The translations under genes were made by a program, and so were the position numbers. Below, one piece after another: positions 11,400 to 21,991 of a DNA stretch of 64,000 nucleotides. The stretch is taken from positions 261,320-325,319 of the forward strand of contig CAVQUM010000003.1 in assembly GCA_963716815.1 (NCBI GenBank), written 5' to 3'. Source of the stretch: an uncultured Chloroflexia bacterium (GTDB taxonomy: Bacteria; Chloroflexota; Limnocylindria; Limnocylindrales; CSP1-4). Every line of letters starts with the position of its first letter. Within the stretch, counting starts at the first letter, position 1. The notes below the pieces were generated by a model. The model was not told where the DNA came from. It searched no databases and saw nothing but the letters and a program-made list of their open reading frames with translations.

Positions 11400-12666
11400 A
11401 TGTCCCTGCTGCAGCGCGTGTTCCGTCGCCCGGCCGGTCCCGCGCCCAACCCTGCCCAGCTCGCGCTCGATATCGGCACCGAATACGCCAAGGCCCTCGT
11501 CTTCGAGTACGCAGATGGCGGCGGCGCGACGGTCACCGGCGTGGGTCGCCGTCGCCAGGGACTGGCCCACATGCAGTCGGGCACGGTCGCGGACATCCCC
11601 GCGGTGGTGCGCAACTGTCGGGCAGCCCTCGACGAGGCCGAGGAGATGTCAGGGCGGCGGGCCGAGAAGGTCATCATCGGCATCGCGGGCGAGCTGGTCA
11701 AGGGCTTCACCACGACACGCACCGTGGAACGGCGGCGGCCCAACAGCTCGGTCACGCACTCGGAGCTGGAGCGGCTACTGGAGGAGATCGAGTCCGATTC
11801 CGCCGCCGAGGCCCAACGCACGATCACCTGGGAGACGGGCCTGCCCAACGTCGACGTGCGCCTGGTCCATGCCGGTGTCGCCTCCGCCGGCATCGACGGC
11901 TATGCCGTCTCCAACCCGGTCGGTTTCCAGGGCCGGCACCTGCGTATCTCGGTCTTCAATGCCTACGCCCCGCTGGTGCACCTCGGAGCACTCGAATTGG
12001 TCGTGGAGCGGTTGGGCCTGCAGCTCATCAAGGTCGTGGCCGAGCCATACGCCGTAGCCCGCTCCATCGCCGGCGAGCAACTGGGCCAGTCGGGCGCGCT
12101 CTTCATCGACGTCGGCGGTGGCACCACGGACGTGGCCCTCGTGCGCTCCGGCTCGGTCGAGGGCACGCGCATGTTCGCCCTCGGCGGTCGCGCCTTCACC
12201 AAGTCACTGGCCGACCGGCTGGACCTCGCCTTCGAGGCTGCCGAGCGCGTCAAGGTGGCCTATGCGCATGGAGAGACGCCGTCGGACGCGGACGAGGTCG
12301 CGGCCATCATCGGCGAGGACATCGCGGTGTGGGCGGCCGGGGTCGAACTCGTGCTGGAGGAGTTCCGCGAGGGCGGCCTGCTGCCCGGCCGCATCGAGCT
12401 GTGTGGCGGCGGGGCCGCTCTACCTGAGATCCGCGCCGCACTCGAGGCCGATGGCTTCGCCGCCAACCTGCCCTTCGCCCGACGGCCGCAGGTCTCGATG
12501 ATGGAGCCCGACATCGGTCACCGAGATCACCGATGCCACCGGCCTGCTCGTGGACCAACAGGACGTGACACCGATGGCGCTGGCCTTCCAGGCCGTCGAA
12601 GCCGCGCAAGAACAGGAGCCGCTGGACGCGGCGCTCACACGCGTGCTCAAGGGCATGCGCGTCTAG
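11400..12666 (+). CDS. Actin-fold ATPase of the FtsA/PilM/MreB type
   Basis: Contains 'LALDIGTEYAKALV', 'GALFIDVGGGTTDVALV', 'FALGGRAFTKSLA' and 'ELCGGGAALPEI'. A frame break near 12512 leads to the C-terminus '...VTEITDATGLLVDQQDVTPMALAFQ...LKGMRV*'. Confidence 0.7.
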
Positions 12667-12752
12667 GGGGCTGCACCTCCCCGCGCCCGGTCGCACGCGC
12701 AGCGTGCCGCCCCCTCGAACGCGGACTCCGCTGGTAGGGCAGACTGCTAGCG

Positions 12753-14270
12753 ATGGCCGTCTGGTACCTGGACAACGACGACGAGATCACCGACGCGGTC
12801 GCGCGCCTGCGGGGCAGCGAAGACGAGCGGGTGGTCTTCGTCGTGCCGCCGGGGTCGCGCATCGCCACCGGACGCATCAACTTCAAACTGCTCGCGCGGG
12901 AGGCCACGACCCGGGGCCTGCGCATGGCCGTGGCCAGCCCTGACGAGCAGGTCCGGGCCATGGCCGCCTCCGCCGGCGTGCTCGCCTGCGCCACACCCGA
13001 CGAGGCCGAAGCAGCCCTCGCTCGCGGCGATGAACCGCCGGCGGCACCAGTACCGGAGCCGGTCGTGGCGGCGTCCGCGAGCGCGCCCACGTCGGGCGAC
13101 GGGTCGGCCCCGCACGGTCTGCTCACGTGGCGCAGCCAACGCCGGCGCTTCGCCACCGCGGCCCTCCTGGCCGTGGTCGTCGTGGCCGCCTTCCTGCTCG
13201 TGACGGTCATGCCCACCGCCGAGATCACCCTGGTCCCGCGCGTGGCCACCGTCGGTCCGCTGGAGGTGCCCGTGGTCGCCTCCGCCGCGACTACCCAGGT
13301 CGACCCCGAGCGTGGCGCCATCCCCGCGACCACGCTAGAGGTCCCGCTCGAGGTCAAGGACACCTATTCCGCCAGCGGCTCCGAGACGACCCAGGTCCCG
13401 GCGGTCGGCACCGTCGTGTTCTCCGCCCTCGACCAGGAGATCGGGCAGGTGATCCCCGAAGGCACTCGCGTGAAGACGATCGACGAGGTCGCCTTCCTCA
13501 CGACCGCGGAGGTGACGCTGCCGCGTTCGGACGGCGTCACCGCCACGGTCACCGCGCCGGTCGAGGCACTGGTGCCCGGCGAAGGGGGCAACGTCGGCGC
13601 GGGCGAGATCTCCCTCGTGCCCGACCTCGCCGGCCAGGGCATCACCGTGAGCAACCCCGAAGCCATGTCAGGCGGGCTCCTGGAGTCGACCCCGCTGGTC
13701 ACCGCGGCCGACTACGTGGCGGCTGAGGCCGAACTGATCAACCGGCTCAACGACGACATGCGCGCCTATCTGCGCGACCCGGTCGGCGCCCCTGCCGGCT
13801 ACACCGTCTACCCTGGGACGGCGACGCTGGGACCCGTGACCCTGGTGCCCACGGAGGACGAGGTCGTGGGTGTCGCGCTGGCCCGCTTCGAGCTGGCCGG
13901 TTCAGCCACCGCACGCGTGCTCGCCGTGGACGAGTCGGCCGTCGACGAGGTCGCCCGAGCGCGCCTCTCGGCGGCCGTCCCGGCGGGACTCGTGCTGCTC
14001 GCCCGGACGGTCGAGATCGGACACGGGGAGGGCAATGCCGACGGGGACACCGTGGCCTACATCGGCACGGCCATCGGGCGCGCGACGCCCGCGATCGACG
14101 TCGAGGCGCTGACGACCCAAGTGGCTGGCCTGCCGGTTTCCGAAGCACAAGCCATACTGGAGGTGCTCGGGACGGCGACCGTGAGCGTCTGGCCCGGGTT
14201 CCTGGGCGATCTGCCGAACGATCGCGAACGCATCAGGCTGGATGTCCTCGAGGCATCCGACACGGAGTGA
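12753..14270 (+). CDS. Hypothetical single-pass membrane protein with a large Val/Thr/Ala-rich extracytoplasmic region
   Basis: 505 aa, intact. It has a soluble N-terminal domain ('VVFVVPPGSRIATGRINFKLL'), one TM ('AALLAVVVVAAFLLVTVM'), then a beta-rich region. I did not recognise a family. Confidence 0.6.
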   Translation: MAVWYLDNDDEITDAVARLRGSEDERVVFVVPPGSRIATGRINFKLLAREATTRGLRMAVASPDEQVRAMAASAGVLACATPDEAEAALARGDEPPAAPVPEPVVAASASAPTSGDGSAPHGLLTWRSQRRRFATAALLAVVVVAAFLLVTVMPTAEITLVPRVATVGPLEVPVVASAATTQVDPERGAIPATTLEVPLEVKDTYSASGSETTQVPAVGTVVFSALDQEIGQVIPEGTRVKTIDEVAFLTTAEVTLPRSDGVTATVTAPVEALVPGEGGNVGAGEISLVPDLAGQGITVSNPEAMSGGLLESTPLVTAADYVAAEAELINRLNDDMRAYLRDPVGAPAGYTVYPGTATLGPVTLVPTEDEVVGVALARFELAGSATARVLAVDESAVDEVARARLSAAVPAGLVLLARTVEIGHGEGNADGDTVAYIGTAIGRATPAIDVEALTTQVAGLPVSEAQAILEVLGTATVSVWPGFLGDLPNDRERIRLDVLEASDTE

Positions 14271-14322
14271 GTTCAACCGACCCCATGACGATCGACACGC
14301 ACCCCCGCGCGCCGAGGTGCCA

Positions 14323-14784
14323 GTGACCGTGCTGCTTGGCATCGACCTCGGCGAACGCCGCATCGGCATCGCCACCGGTGACACGTCCACCGGCTCGGTC
14401 AGACCCCTGCTGACGCTGCGTCGTGGCAGTCCACGGCAGGACGCCGAGGCCCTGTCCCGCATCTGCGCTGAGCGCCACGCCGAGGCCATCGTCGTGGGCC
14501 TGCCCCTGAACATGGACGGCAGCGAGAGCGAACAGTCACAGCGCACGCGCGACTGGGTCATCGCGGTCGCGCCGGCGCTGGACCTACCCGTGTCCATGCG
14601 CGACGAGCGACGATCCAGCAGCGAAGCTGAGGATCGCATGGGTCGCCCTCCGCGAGGGCCCTCCGGCGGTCCGCCGTCGGCGGTGGCGCGTGATGCCTGG
14701 CGTGCCCGCATCGACCGCGAGGCAGCGGCCCAGATCGTCCAGCGCGAGATCGACGCCCGCAGCGAGCTGGGAGTGCACGCATGA
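14323..14784 (+). CDS. ruvX: Holliday-junction resolvase-like RNase RuvX/YqgF
   Basis: GTG start at 14323. It contains 'LLGIDLGERRIGIATGD' and 'IVVGLPLNMDGSES', and sits in the conserved alaS-ruvX-mltG neighbourhood. Confidence 0.85.
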   Translation: MTVLLGIDLGERRIGIATGDTSTGSVRPLLTLRRGSPRQDAEALSRICAERHAEAIVVGLPLNMDGSESEQSQRTRDWVIAVAPALDLPVSMRDERRSSSEAEDRMGRPPRGPSGGPPSAVARDAWRARIDREAAAQIVQREIDARSELGVHA

Positions 14785-16085
14785 GCAGCAGCACGCCTCG
14801 TGACGGTGGCGGCCGCGTCGGCATCGTCGAGAACTGGGAGCTGCGCCAGCGCAGGCGCACCGATGCCAACTCGGGCGCCTTCAAGGGCATGCTCTTCGTG
14901 GTCGTGGCCCTGCTGCTCATCACGGTCGGGGGTTGGTACGCCGCCCGGCCCATGGTCGGCCCCTTCCTGACCGACGCCTTCGAGGAGCATCCGGGCATCA
15001 TCAACTACCCCATCGTGGGCGATCTCGTCGCGACCGAGTTCGCCGATCGGCTCGACGATCCCGCCGGCAACCAGAAGCAGTCAAGTTCGTCATCGAGCCC
15101 GGCCAGAAGGTGGCCGACATCCAGGCCAACCTCGTCGATGCGGGCCTGCTCAGCGACGAGTCCGCGTTCATGTACGCGGTCGTGCGCGACCGCGTCGACC
15201 AGCTGATCAAGCCTGGTACGTACACGCTGGCACCACAGATCACGCCGGCCGGTCTGGCGGCCCGCTTCCAGGCCAACCCTGACCCGCCCACGCCGCTGGT
15301 GACGCTGGACATGCGGCCTGGCCGCCGGCTCGAGCAGACCGTAGCCTACCTCCAGCAGGAGGTGGAGGAGACGGAGCTCAAGGTCGACCCCAAGGAGTTC
15401 CTCAAGCTCGCGCGCAACCCCAACAGCAAGCTGCGCAACCAGTACCCCTTCCTCAAGCAGTCTCCTGCCGGCAGCAGCCTCGAGGGTTTCCTCTACCCGG
15501 GTACGTACGAGGTCCCGATCGACATCACCGCCGAGGAGCTCATCAACCAGATGCTGGGCAAGTTCGACACCCGCGCCGCCAGGTACGTGGGCCAGGCCCA
15601 GAAGAAGAAGGTCGACTTCTGGGACGCGCTGCGCGTCGCCAGCCTCGTGGACCGCGAGGCCAAGGCCGATAGCGACCGGCGCAAGATCGCCGGCGTCTAC
15701 TGGAACCGGCTGGACCCCAAGGTCAACAAGCAGACCGGCGGCCTGCTGCAGGCGGACCCGACGGTGGTCTACGCCACCGATTCGATGGAGCTCAAGGACG
15801 TCGCGGTCAAGGACTGGGACGACTACCTCTTCTGGGACCTGCTTGGCCGTGCCGATTACTCGACCGTGACGGTCGACCCGGAGTACGCCTCGTTCCAGAC
15901 GTACCAGAACACCGGCCTGCCCGACTGGCCCATCGTCGACCCCCTCAGCCAAGTCGATCGAGGCGGCGCTGAACCCGGCCACCGGGTCCAAGCTGCTCTT
16001 CTTCTACGCCTGCGAAGGATCGGACACGCACAACTTCGCCAAGACCTTCAAGCAGCACCAGCGCAACATCAACAAGTGCAGCTAG
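14781..16085 (+). CDS. mltG: Endolytic murein transglycosylase MltG (YceG family)
   Basis: N-terminal TM, then 'LEGFLYPGTYEV', 'ASLVDREAK', 'IAGVYWNRL', 'LQADPTVVYA' and 'YQNTGLPDWPI'. Frame breaks lie near 15080 and in the C5 run 15940..15944. The end '...FFYACEGSDTHNFAKTFKQHQRNINKCS*' is at 16085. Confidence 0.88.
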
Positions 16086-16148
16086 GCGTGGCCTGCGCCT
16101 GAGCGCGCGGCCGCGACCCGTTCCAGCTCAAGGGAGACCACACCACCC

Positions 16149-16707
16149 ATGATCTCAGTCGGAGACCTGCGCCGCGGCATCGTCATCGAGCTCGACGACG
16201 AACTCTGGCAGATCCTCGAGTACCACCACATCAAGATGGCCCGGGGCTCCGCCCAGATCCGCATCAAGCTCAAGAACGTCAAGCGCGGTCAGACCGTCGA
16301 GCGGACCTTCCAGGCCACCGCCAAGTGGCCGCGCGCCATCCTCGACACGCGCCCGGTCCAGTTCCTCTACCAGGACGGCGACGAGTACCACTTCATGGAG
16401 AACGAGACCTACGACCAGTTCCACCTCACGGCGGACCAGTTGGGCGATGCCACCAGCTATCTCATCGAAGGCATGACCCTCGACCGCACCACGTACGAGG
16501 GCGAGACCATCGGCGTGGAGCTGCCCATCTCGGTGGAGCTGAAGGTGGCCGAGACCGAGCCTGGCTTCGCTGGTGACACGCAGTCGGGTGCCAAGAAGCC
16601 GGCCACGCTCGAATCGGGCCTGGTCGTGCAGGTGCCGATCTTCGTGGAGGAGGGTGACACCGTCAAGCGTCGACACGCGCACAGGGGAGTACCAGACCCG
16701 CGTGTAG
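16149..16707 (+). CDS. efp: Elongation factor P
   Basis: Begins 'MISVGDLRRGIVIELDDELWQILEYHHIKMARGSAQIRIKLKNV'. One inserted base near 16668 fuses it to xseA in the raw ORF. The corrected frame ends with the canonical 'GDTVKVDTRTGEYQTRV*'. Confidence 0.9.
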
Positions 16708-16715
16708 CGGACATC

Positions 16716-18077
16716 ATGGAGCCGCGCGGTCTGTGGGACGACGCCTCGCCGCCTCCCGAGCCGAACGAGGCTGTGCAGCCGGCCGGCCCAGCGGTGCTCA
16801 CCGTGGCCGCGGTCAACCGGCTGGTGCGCGACACGATCCGTCGCCAGCCACGCCTCAACCCGGTCTGGGTCGAGGGCGAGATCGGCAACGTCTCGACCAG
16901 CGCCGCGGGGCACGCCTACTTCACGCTCAAGGACGAGCACGCCCAGCTGCGCTGCGTCGTTTTCCGCCAGGAGCGACTGGCCCTGCCCCTGGAGCCCAAG
17001 ACCGGCCTGCGCGTGGTAGCCCAGGGCCGTATCGACATCTTCGAGCAGCAGGGCGCTTACCAGCTCTACGTGGAGACGCTGCAGCCAGCCGGCATGGGCG
17101 ACCTGGCCCAGCGTTACGAGGCACTCAAGGCACGGTTGCAGGCCGAGGGCCTCTTCGATAGCTCACGCAAGCGCCCGTTGCCCACGTGGCCTCGGGTGAT
17201 CGGCGTGGTCACGTCCACTTCGGGAGCGGTGCTCCACGACATCCGCCGCGTGATCGAGCGTCGCTGGCCGCTGACCCGGCTCGTCATCAGCTCCTGCCAG
17301 GTCCAGGGGGCCGGTGCCGAGCGCTCGATCGTGCACGCGCTGGACCGTCTTGGCCGCTGGACCGAGCCCACTTCTGGCCGGCCTGTGGACCTCGTCATCG
17401 TGGCTCGCGGCGGCGGCTCGCTCGAAGACCTGTGGGCCTTCAACGAGGAGGCCGTGGTCCGCGCCATCGCCGGCCATCCCCGCCCGGTCATCGTGGGCGT
17501 GGGACATGAGACCGACGTGACCCTCTCGGAGTTCGCCGGCGACCGCCGCGCCGCGACCCCGTCGGTCGCCGCCGAGCTGGCCGTACCCGATCGCGCCGCC
17601 CAGCGCCACGACCTGCGCGCGCTGGAGGCAGCCCTGGCCACGGGCGCCCGCCGGCGCCTGAGCAGCACACGCAGCTCCCTCGAGGCGGAGCGTCGGGCGC
17701 TGGACACCTTCCGACCCGGGGCCTACCTCGCGAGCGAGCGGGAGCAGGTGGGCCTGTTGCTGGACCGGGCCACGCGCGCGCTCGCCGGGCAGCTGATGCG
17801 AGACCGGTCGGACCTCGCCCTGGGTGGGCAACGGCTGCCGGGCCTGTTGCGGGCGCAGATCACGGACGCGCGCGCGCAACTGACGAGATACGGCGCCGGA
17901 CTCGACGCACTCGACCCGTTCGCGACGCTCGAACGCGGTTATGCCATCGTGCGACGGCCTGACGGACGGGTCGTGCTCGACGCCGCCGCGCAGGCTCCCG
18001 GCGACGCGCTCGAAGTGCGCCTGGCGAAGGGCGCGTTGGACGTCTCGGTCGATACCGTGCGAGACTCCGCGACGTGA
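16716..18077 (+). CDS. xseA: Exodeoxyribonuclease VII large subunit
   Basis: ATG at 16716. It contains 'VWVEGEIGNVSTSAAGHAYFTLKD', 'GRIDIFEQQGAYQLYV', 'IGVVTSTSGAVLHDI' and 'RGGGSLEDLWAFN'. Confidence 0.9.
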   Translation: MEPRGLWDDASPPPEPNEAVQPAGPAVLTVAAVNRLVRDTIRRQPRLNPVWVEGEIGNVSTSAAGHAYFTLKDEHAQLRCVVFRQERLALPLEPKTGLRVVAQGRIDIFEQQGAYQLYVETLQPAGMGDLAQRYEALKARLQAEGLFDSSRKRPLPTWPRVIGVVTSTSGAVLHDIRRVIERRWPLTRLVISSCQVQGAGAERSIVHALDRLGRWTEPTSGRPVDLVIVARGGGSLEDLWAFNEEAVVRAIAGHPRPVIVGVGHETDVTLSEFAGDRRAATPSVAAELAVPDRAAQRHDLRALEAALATGARRRLSSTRSSLEAERRALDTFRPGAYLASEREQVGLLLDRATRALAGQLMRDRSDLALGGQRLPGLLRAQITDARAQLTRYGAGLDALDPFATLERGYAIVRRPDGRVVLDAAAQAPGDALEVRLAKGALDVSVDTVRDSAT

Positions 18078-18382
18078 CAGAGACACGCACACCGAACCCG
18101 GCTGCGGGCGCCGTGGGCCCGGCGGACACGGATGACATCAGCGCACTCACCTTCGACAAGGCCCTCGACGAGCTCCGTGACGTGGTCGCCCGCCTGGAGG
18201 AGGGTGGGCTGCCACTGGAGGAGTCCATCACGCTGTATGAACGCGGCGCCGCCCTGCACGAGCACTGCGGGGCGCTGCTCGACCGGGCTGAGCTGCGCGT
18301 GCAGCGTCTGGTCGACGGTGCCGGCGGAAGCGCGCCGCGCCTCGTGGACCTGCGCCCTGAAGACAGCGACGACGAGGCCTAG
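18074..18382 (+). CDS. xseB: Exodeoxyribonuclease VII small subunit
   Basis: 102 aa with 'FDKALDELRDVVARLEEGGLPLEESITLYERG'. It overlaps xseA by 4 nt. Confidence 0.9.
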   Translation: MTETRTPNPAAGAVGPADTDDISALTFDKALDELRDVVARLEEGGLPLEESITLYERGAALHEHCGALLDRAELRVQRLVDGAGGSAPRLVDLRPEDSDDEA

Positions 18383-18385
18383 GGC

Positions 18386-20366
18386 GTGGTCGCGCTACGC
18401 GAGCTTCGCGGACCGGAGGACCTCAAGGGCATCAGCCACGCCGAGGCCAGGGCGCTCTGCAGCGAGATCCGCTCGGAGATCGATCGAGACGGTGGCCAGC
18501 ACGGGTGGTCATCTGGGCAGCTCGCTGGGCGCGGTCGAGCTGACCGTCGCCCTGCACCGCATCCTCTCGAGCCCGGTGGACCGCATCGTCTGGGATACCG
18601 GCCACCAGGCCTACGCCCACAAGCTGCTCACCGGGCGACTCGACCGCTTCGATACCCTGCGCCAGCTGGGCGGCATCGGCGGCTTCCCGCGGCGCTCGGA
18701 AAGCGAGCACGACGTCATGGACGGCGGCCACGCCGGCACCGGCATCTCCATCGCGGAGGGCCTGGCCCTGGCCCGTGACGCTCGCGGCAGCGACGAGCGC
18801 ATCGCGGTGGTGGTCGGTGACGCAGCCCTCATGAGCGGCCTCTCGCTCGAGGCCCTCAACGACATCGGCCATCGCAAGACGCGCCTGCTCATCCTGCTCA
18901 ACGACAACGAGATGAGCATCAGCCCGTCGGTCGGAGCGGTCAGCGCGTATCTCTCGCGCATCAAGCTCTCCCGCCAGTGGCGCCGTTCGCGGCGCCGTTT
19001 CGACAGCGACGTGGCGCGCGTGCCGCTGATCGGCGGGTTCCTCCTGGAATGGTCCCGGCGCATCCGTCATGCGGTCGTCGACCTGAGCCAGCCGGGTCGG
19101 CTGTTCGAGGACCTGGGTGTGACCTACGTGGGTCCGGTCCCGGGCCACGACCTGGCCGTGCTCGACTCCACGCTGCGCAAGGCCTTCGAAGAAGAGGACA
19201 AGCCCATCATCGTGCACGTGCGCACGCGCAAGGGCTACGGCTACCGCCCCGCGGAAGCGGACAAGATCGGCTTCCACGGTGCCGCCCTGCCGCCCATGCC
19301 CAGCCAAACGATGGCGATGCCTTCGGTCAACGGCTCGGGTCCGTCGGACGGCGAGGCCAAGCCGCCCGCGGAGGAGCGCGCTCAGCCCAAGGGGCCAAAC
19401 TACACCGCGGTCATGGCCGACGAGCTCGTGCGCATCGCGACCGATGACCCGCGCGTCGTCGCCGTCACCGCGGGCATGCCCACCGGCACGGGCATCTCCG
19501 CCTTTGGGCGGCGCTTCCCCGAACGCACCTACGATGTGGGCATCGCCGAGCAGCACGCCATGGCCATGGCTGCCGGCCTGGCCCTTGCCGGACAGCGCCC
19601 CTTCGTCGCGCTCTACTCCACCTTCCTGCAGCGCGCCTTCGACCAGGTCGTCCACGATGTCTGCCAGAACGACACGCCGGTCGTCATCGGCATCGACCGA
19701 GCCGGCCTCGTGGGCGAGGATGGCACCAGCCACCAGGGCATGTTCATGCTCTCGGCCTTGCGTCAGCTGCCCAACCTCGTCCTGGCCGCACCACGTGACG
19801 AGCAGCAGCTGCGGCGCTTGCTGCGCACGGCCTTCGCCCAGGACCACCCCTTCGCCATCCAGTACCCGCGTGACGCCGGCTTCGACCTGCCGGCCGTGGA
19901 CCCCCGACCGCTCGAGATCGGTCGCGGCGAGGTCCTGCGCGAGGGCTCGGACATCCTCATCGTCGGCCTCGGCCCCATCATCGCGCGGGGCCAGGCCGTG
20001 GCCCACGGGCTGAGCGCGGCCGGCTGGTCAGTCGGCCTCCTCGATGCCCGCTTCGTGCGGCCCCTCGACCGGGCGCTCATCCTCGAGCAGGCGCGCGACG
20101 TACAGCTCATCGTCACGCTCGAGGAGAGCGTCCTGCCCGGCGGTTTCGGCTCGGCCGTGCTGGAGGCACTGGCCGACAGCGAGGAGCGGTCGTCATTCGC
20201 CCCGGTCAAGCGCATCGGCCTGCCCGACGGGAAGTTCGTCGACCACGGCTCGGTCTCCGACCTGCGTGCGCTCGTTCGCCTCGACGAGGCCGGGATCTCG
20301 GCCCAGGTCGAGGCAGCCATCGCCGTGCACGGGCTCTCGCCTCGTGGCGCTCCCGTCGAAGCCTGA
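18386..20366 (+). CDS. dxs: 1-deoxy-D-xylulose-5-phosphate synthase
   Basis: Contains 'PEDLKGISHAE...EIRSEI' then 'IETVASTGGHLGSSLGAVELTVALH', plus 'VVGDAALMSG' and 'IAEQHAMAMAAG'. One frame break lies near 18480. Confidence 0.92.
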
Positions 20367-21156
20367 GACCAAGGGCGCCCGCAGGCCCCGGGTGCAACGC
20401 CTCGACCAGCTGCTCGTCGAGCGTGGTCTGGCGCCTTCACGCAGCCGGGCACAGGCGCTGCTCCTGGCCGGTGCCGTGCGCGTCGGCGCGGGTGATGCCG
20501 CCCGCCGGGACCGTCGTGCCGGGGAGCGACTGCCCGTGGACGTCGAGATCGAGGTCGAGACGCCGCCGCGATTCGTCTCGCGCGGTGGCGAGAAGCTGGC
20601 GGGCGCGCTGGAGGCCTTCGCGATCGATCCGGCCGGACGCGCCTGCCTCGACGTGGGCGCTTCGACCGGCGGCTTCACCGACTGCTTGCTGCAGGCCGGC
20701 GCCGTGCGGGTCTACGCCCTCGACGTCGGCCGCGGCCAGTTGGCCCAGGCGCTACGCACCGACCCCCGCGTGATCAGCCTGGAGCGGACGCACGCAGCCC
20801 GTCTGGACCCGGCGGACGCCGATCCACTGGCGCTGCCCGAGGTGGTGAGCCTCGCGGTCGCCGACGTCTCGTTCATCTCACTCACGCGCCTGCTGCGCGG
20901 CGTGGCCGCACACGTTTCGCCCGGTGGTGACATCCTGCCCATGGTGAAACCGCAATTCGAGCTCGGTCCGAGCGAGGTACCCAAGGGCGTGGTGCGTGAC
21001 CCGGCCGCGCGGGCCCGCGCCGTGACCCGCGTGCGGGAGCATGCGCGCGACCTCGGTCTCGAGGTCGTGGCCGAGGTCGAGTCCCCGCTGGTCGGGCCGT
21101 CGGGCAACCACGAGTTCTTCCTGCACCTGCGCGTGCCCCCGGGCGGACTCGCATGA
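20344..21156 (+). CDS. tlyA: TlyA-family rRNA 2'-O-methyltransferase (S4 domain plus FtsJ-like MTase)
   Basis: Contains 'RLDQLLVERGLAPSRSRAQALL', 'FVSRGGEKL' and 'LDVGASTGGFTDCLLQ'. The start is uncertain; I chose the GTG at 20344. Confidence 0.8.
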   Translation: MALPSKPETKGARRPRVQRLDQLLVERGLAPSRSRAQALLLAGAVRVGAGDAARRDRRAGERLPVDVEIEVETPPRFVSRGGEKLAGALEAFAIDPAGRACLDVGASTGGFTDCLLQAGAVRVYALDVGRGQLAQALRTDPRVISLERTHAARLDPADADPLALPEVVSLAVADVSFISLTRLLRGVAAHVSPGGDILPMVKPQFELGPSEVPKGVVRDPAARARAVTRVREHARDLGLEVVAEVESPLVGPSGNHEFFLHLRVPPGGLA

Positions 21157-21989
21157 AACGGCTCGGCTTCGCCTACAACCCCACCTCGGAACAGGCCGTG
21201 GAGCTGCGCGAACGCGCCCTCGGCTGGTGTGACCAGCACGGACTCGAGGCCTGGGCCCGGCCGGCGGTGGAGGCCGGCGACGAGCCGCAGCTGCCGGTCA
21301 CCGAGGCCATCGTCGTGCTCGGCGGTGACGGCACCTTCCTGCGGGCAGCACAGGCCGTGGTCGACGTACGCGTGCCCATCCTCGGTGTCAACGTGGGCAA
21401 GGTCGGCTTCCTCTCCAAGGCCGAGCACCATGGGCTCGAGGACGTGCTGGCTCAGCTGAAGGAGGGCGACTACGAGCTGGAGCCCCGGCTCATGCTGGAG
21501 GTGCGCGTGGTCCGCGTCGATCGGGCGCGCCCCGGCTCGTCATATCGCGCGCTCAACGAAGCGGCGATCGTGCGCGGGCGACACGTGCAGGTCATGCGCC
21601 TGGCCGTGGACGTGGGCGATTCGCGCGTGGCCACCTATGTCTGTGATGGCGTGGTCGTGGCCTCGCCGACCGGCTCCACCGGCTACAGCTTCAGCGCCGG
21701 TGGCCCCATCATCGAGCCCACCAGTCGCAGCATCGTGGTCACGCCCATCGCGGCCTACCTCACGCCCCTGCGTTCGAGCGTGGTCGGACCCCAGCACGTG
21801 GTCACGGCCACGGTCAAGGCCGCGCACGACTGCCTCGTCAGCATCGACGGCCGCGAGGACGTGGCGCTCGAGGTCGGCGACCGCGTGGAGATCCGCGCCT
21901 GCGAGCAGCCCATCACCTTCCTCCAACCGCGTGGCGCGCTGCCGTTCTGGGACCTGCTGCGCCAGAAGGCCACGCTGCTGCCCGACTGA
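21153..21989 (+). CDS. nadK: NAD kinase
   Basis: 278 aa with 'IVVLGGDGTFLRAA', 'GVNVGKVGFL' and 'SPTGSTGYSFSAGGP'. Confidence 0.92.
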   Translation: MKRLGFAYNPTSEQAVELRERALGWCDQHGLEAWARPAVEAGDEPQLPVTEAIVVLGGDGTFLRAAQAVVDVRVPILGVNVGKVGFLSKAEHHGLEDVLAQLKEGDYELEPRLMLEVRVVRVDRARPGSSYRALNEAAIVRGRHVQVMRLAVDVGDSRVATYVCDGVVVASPTGSTGYSFSAGGPIIEPTSRSIVVTPIAAYLTPLRSSVVGPQHVVTATVKAAHDCLVSIDGREDVALEVGDRVEIRACEQPITFLQPRGALPFWDLLRQKATLLPD

Positions 21990-21991
21990 CG

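Noticed and set aside
16149-18077. A single 642-aa ORF that looks like an EF-P-XseA fusion protein
   Set aside because: One extra base near 16668 causes the fusion. In the corrected frame EF-P ends with the canonical '...VDTRTGEYQTRV*' at 16707, and xseA has its own ATG at 16716.
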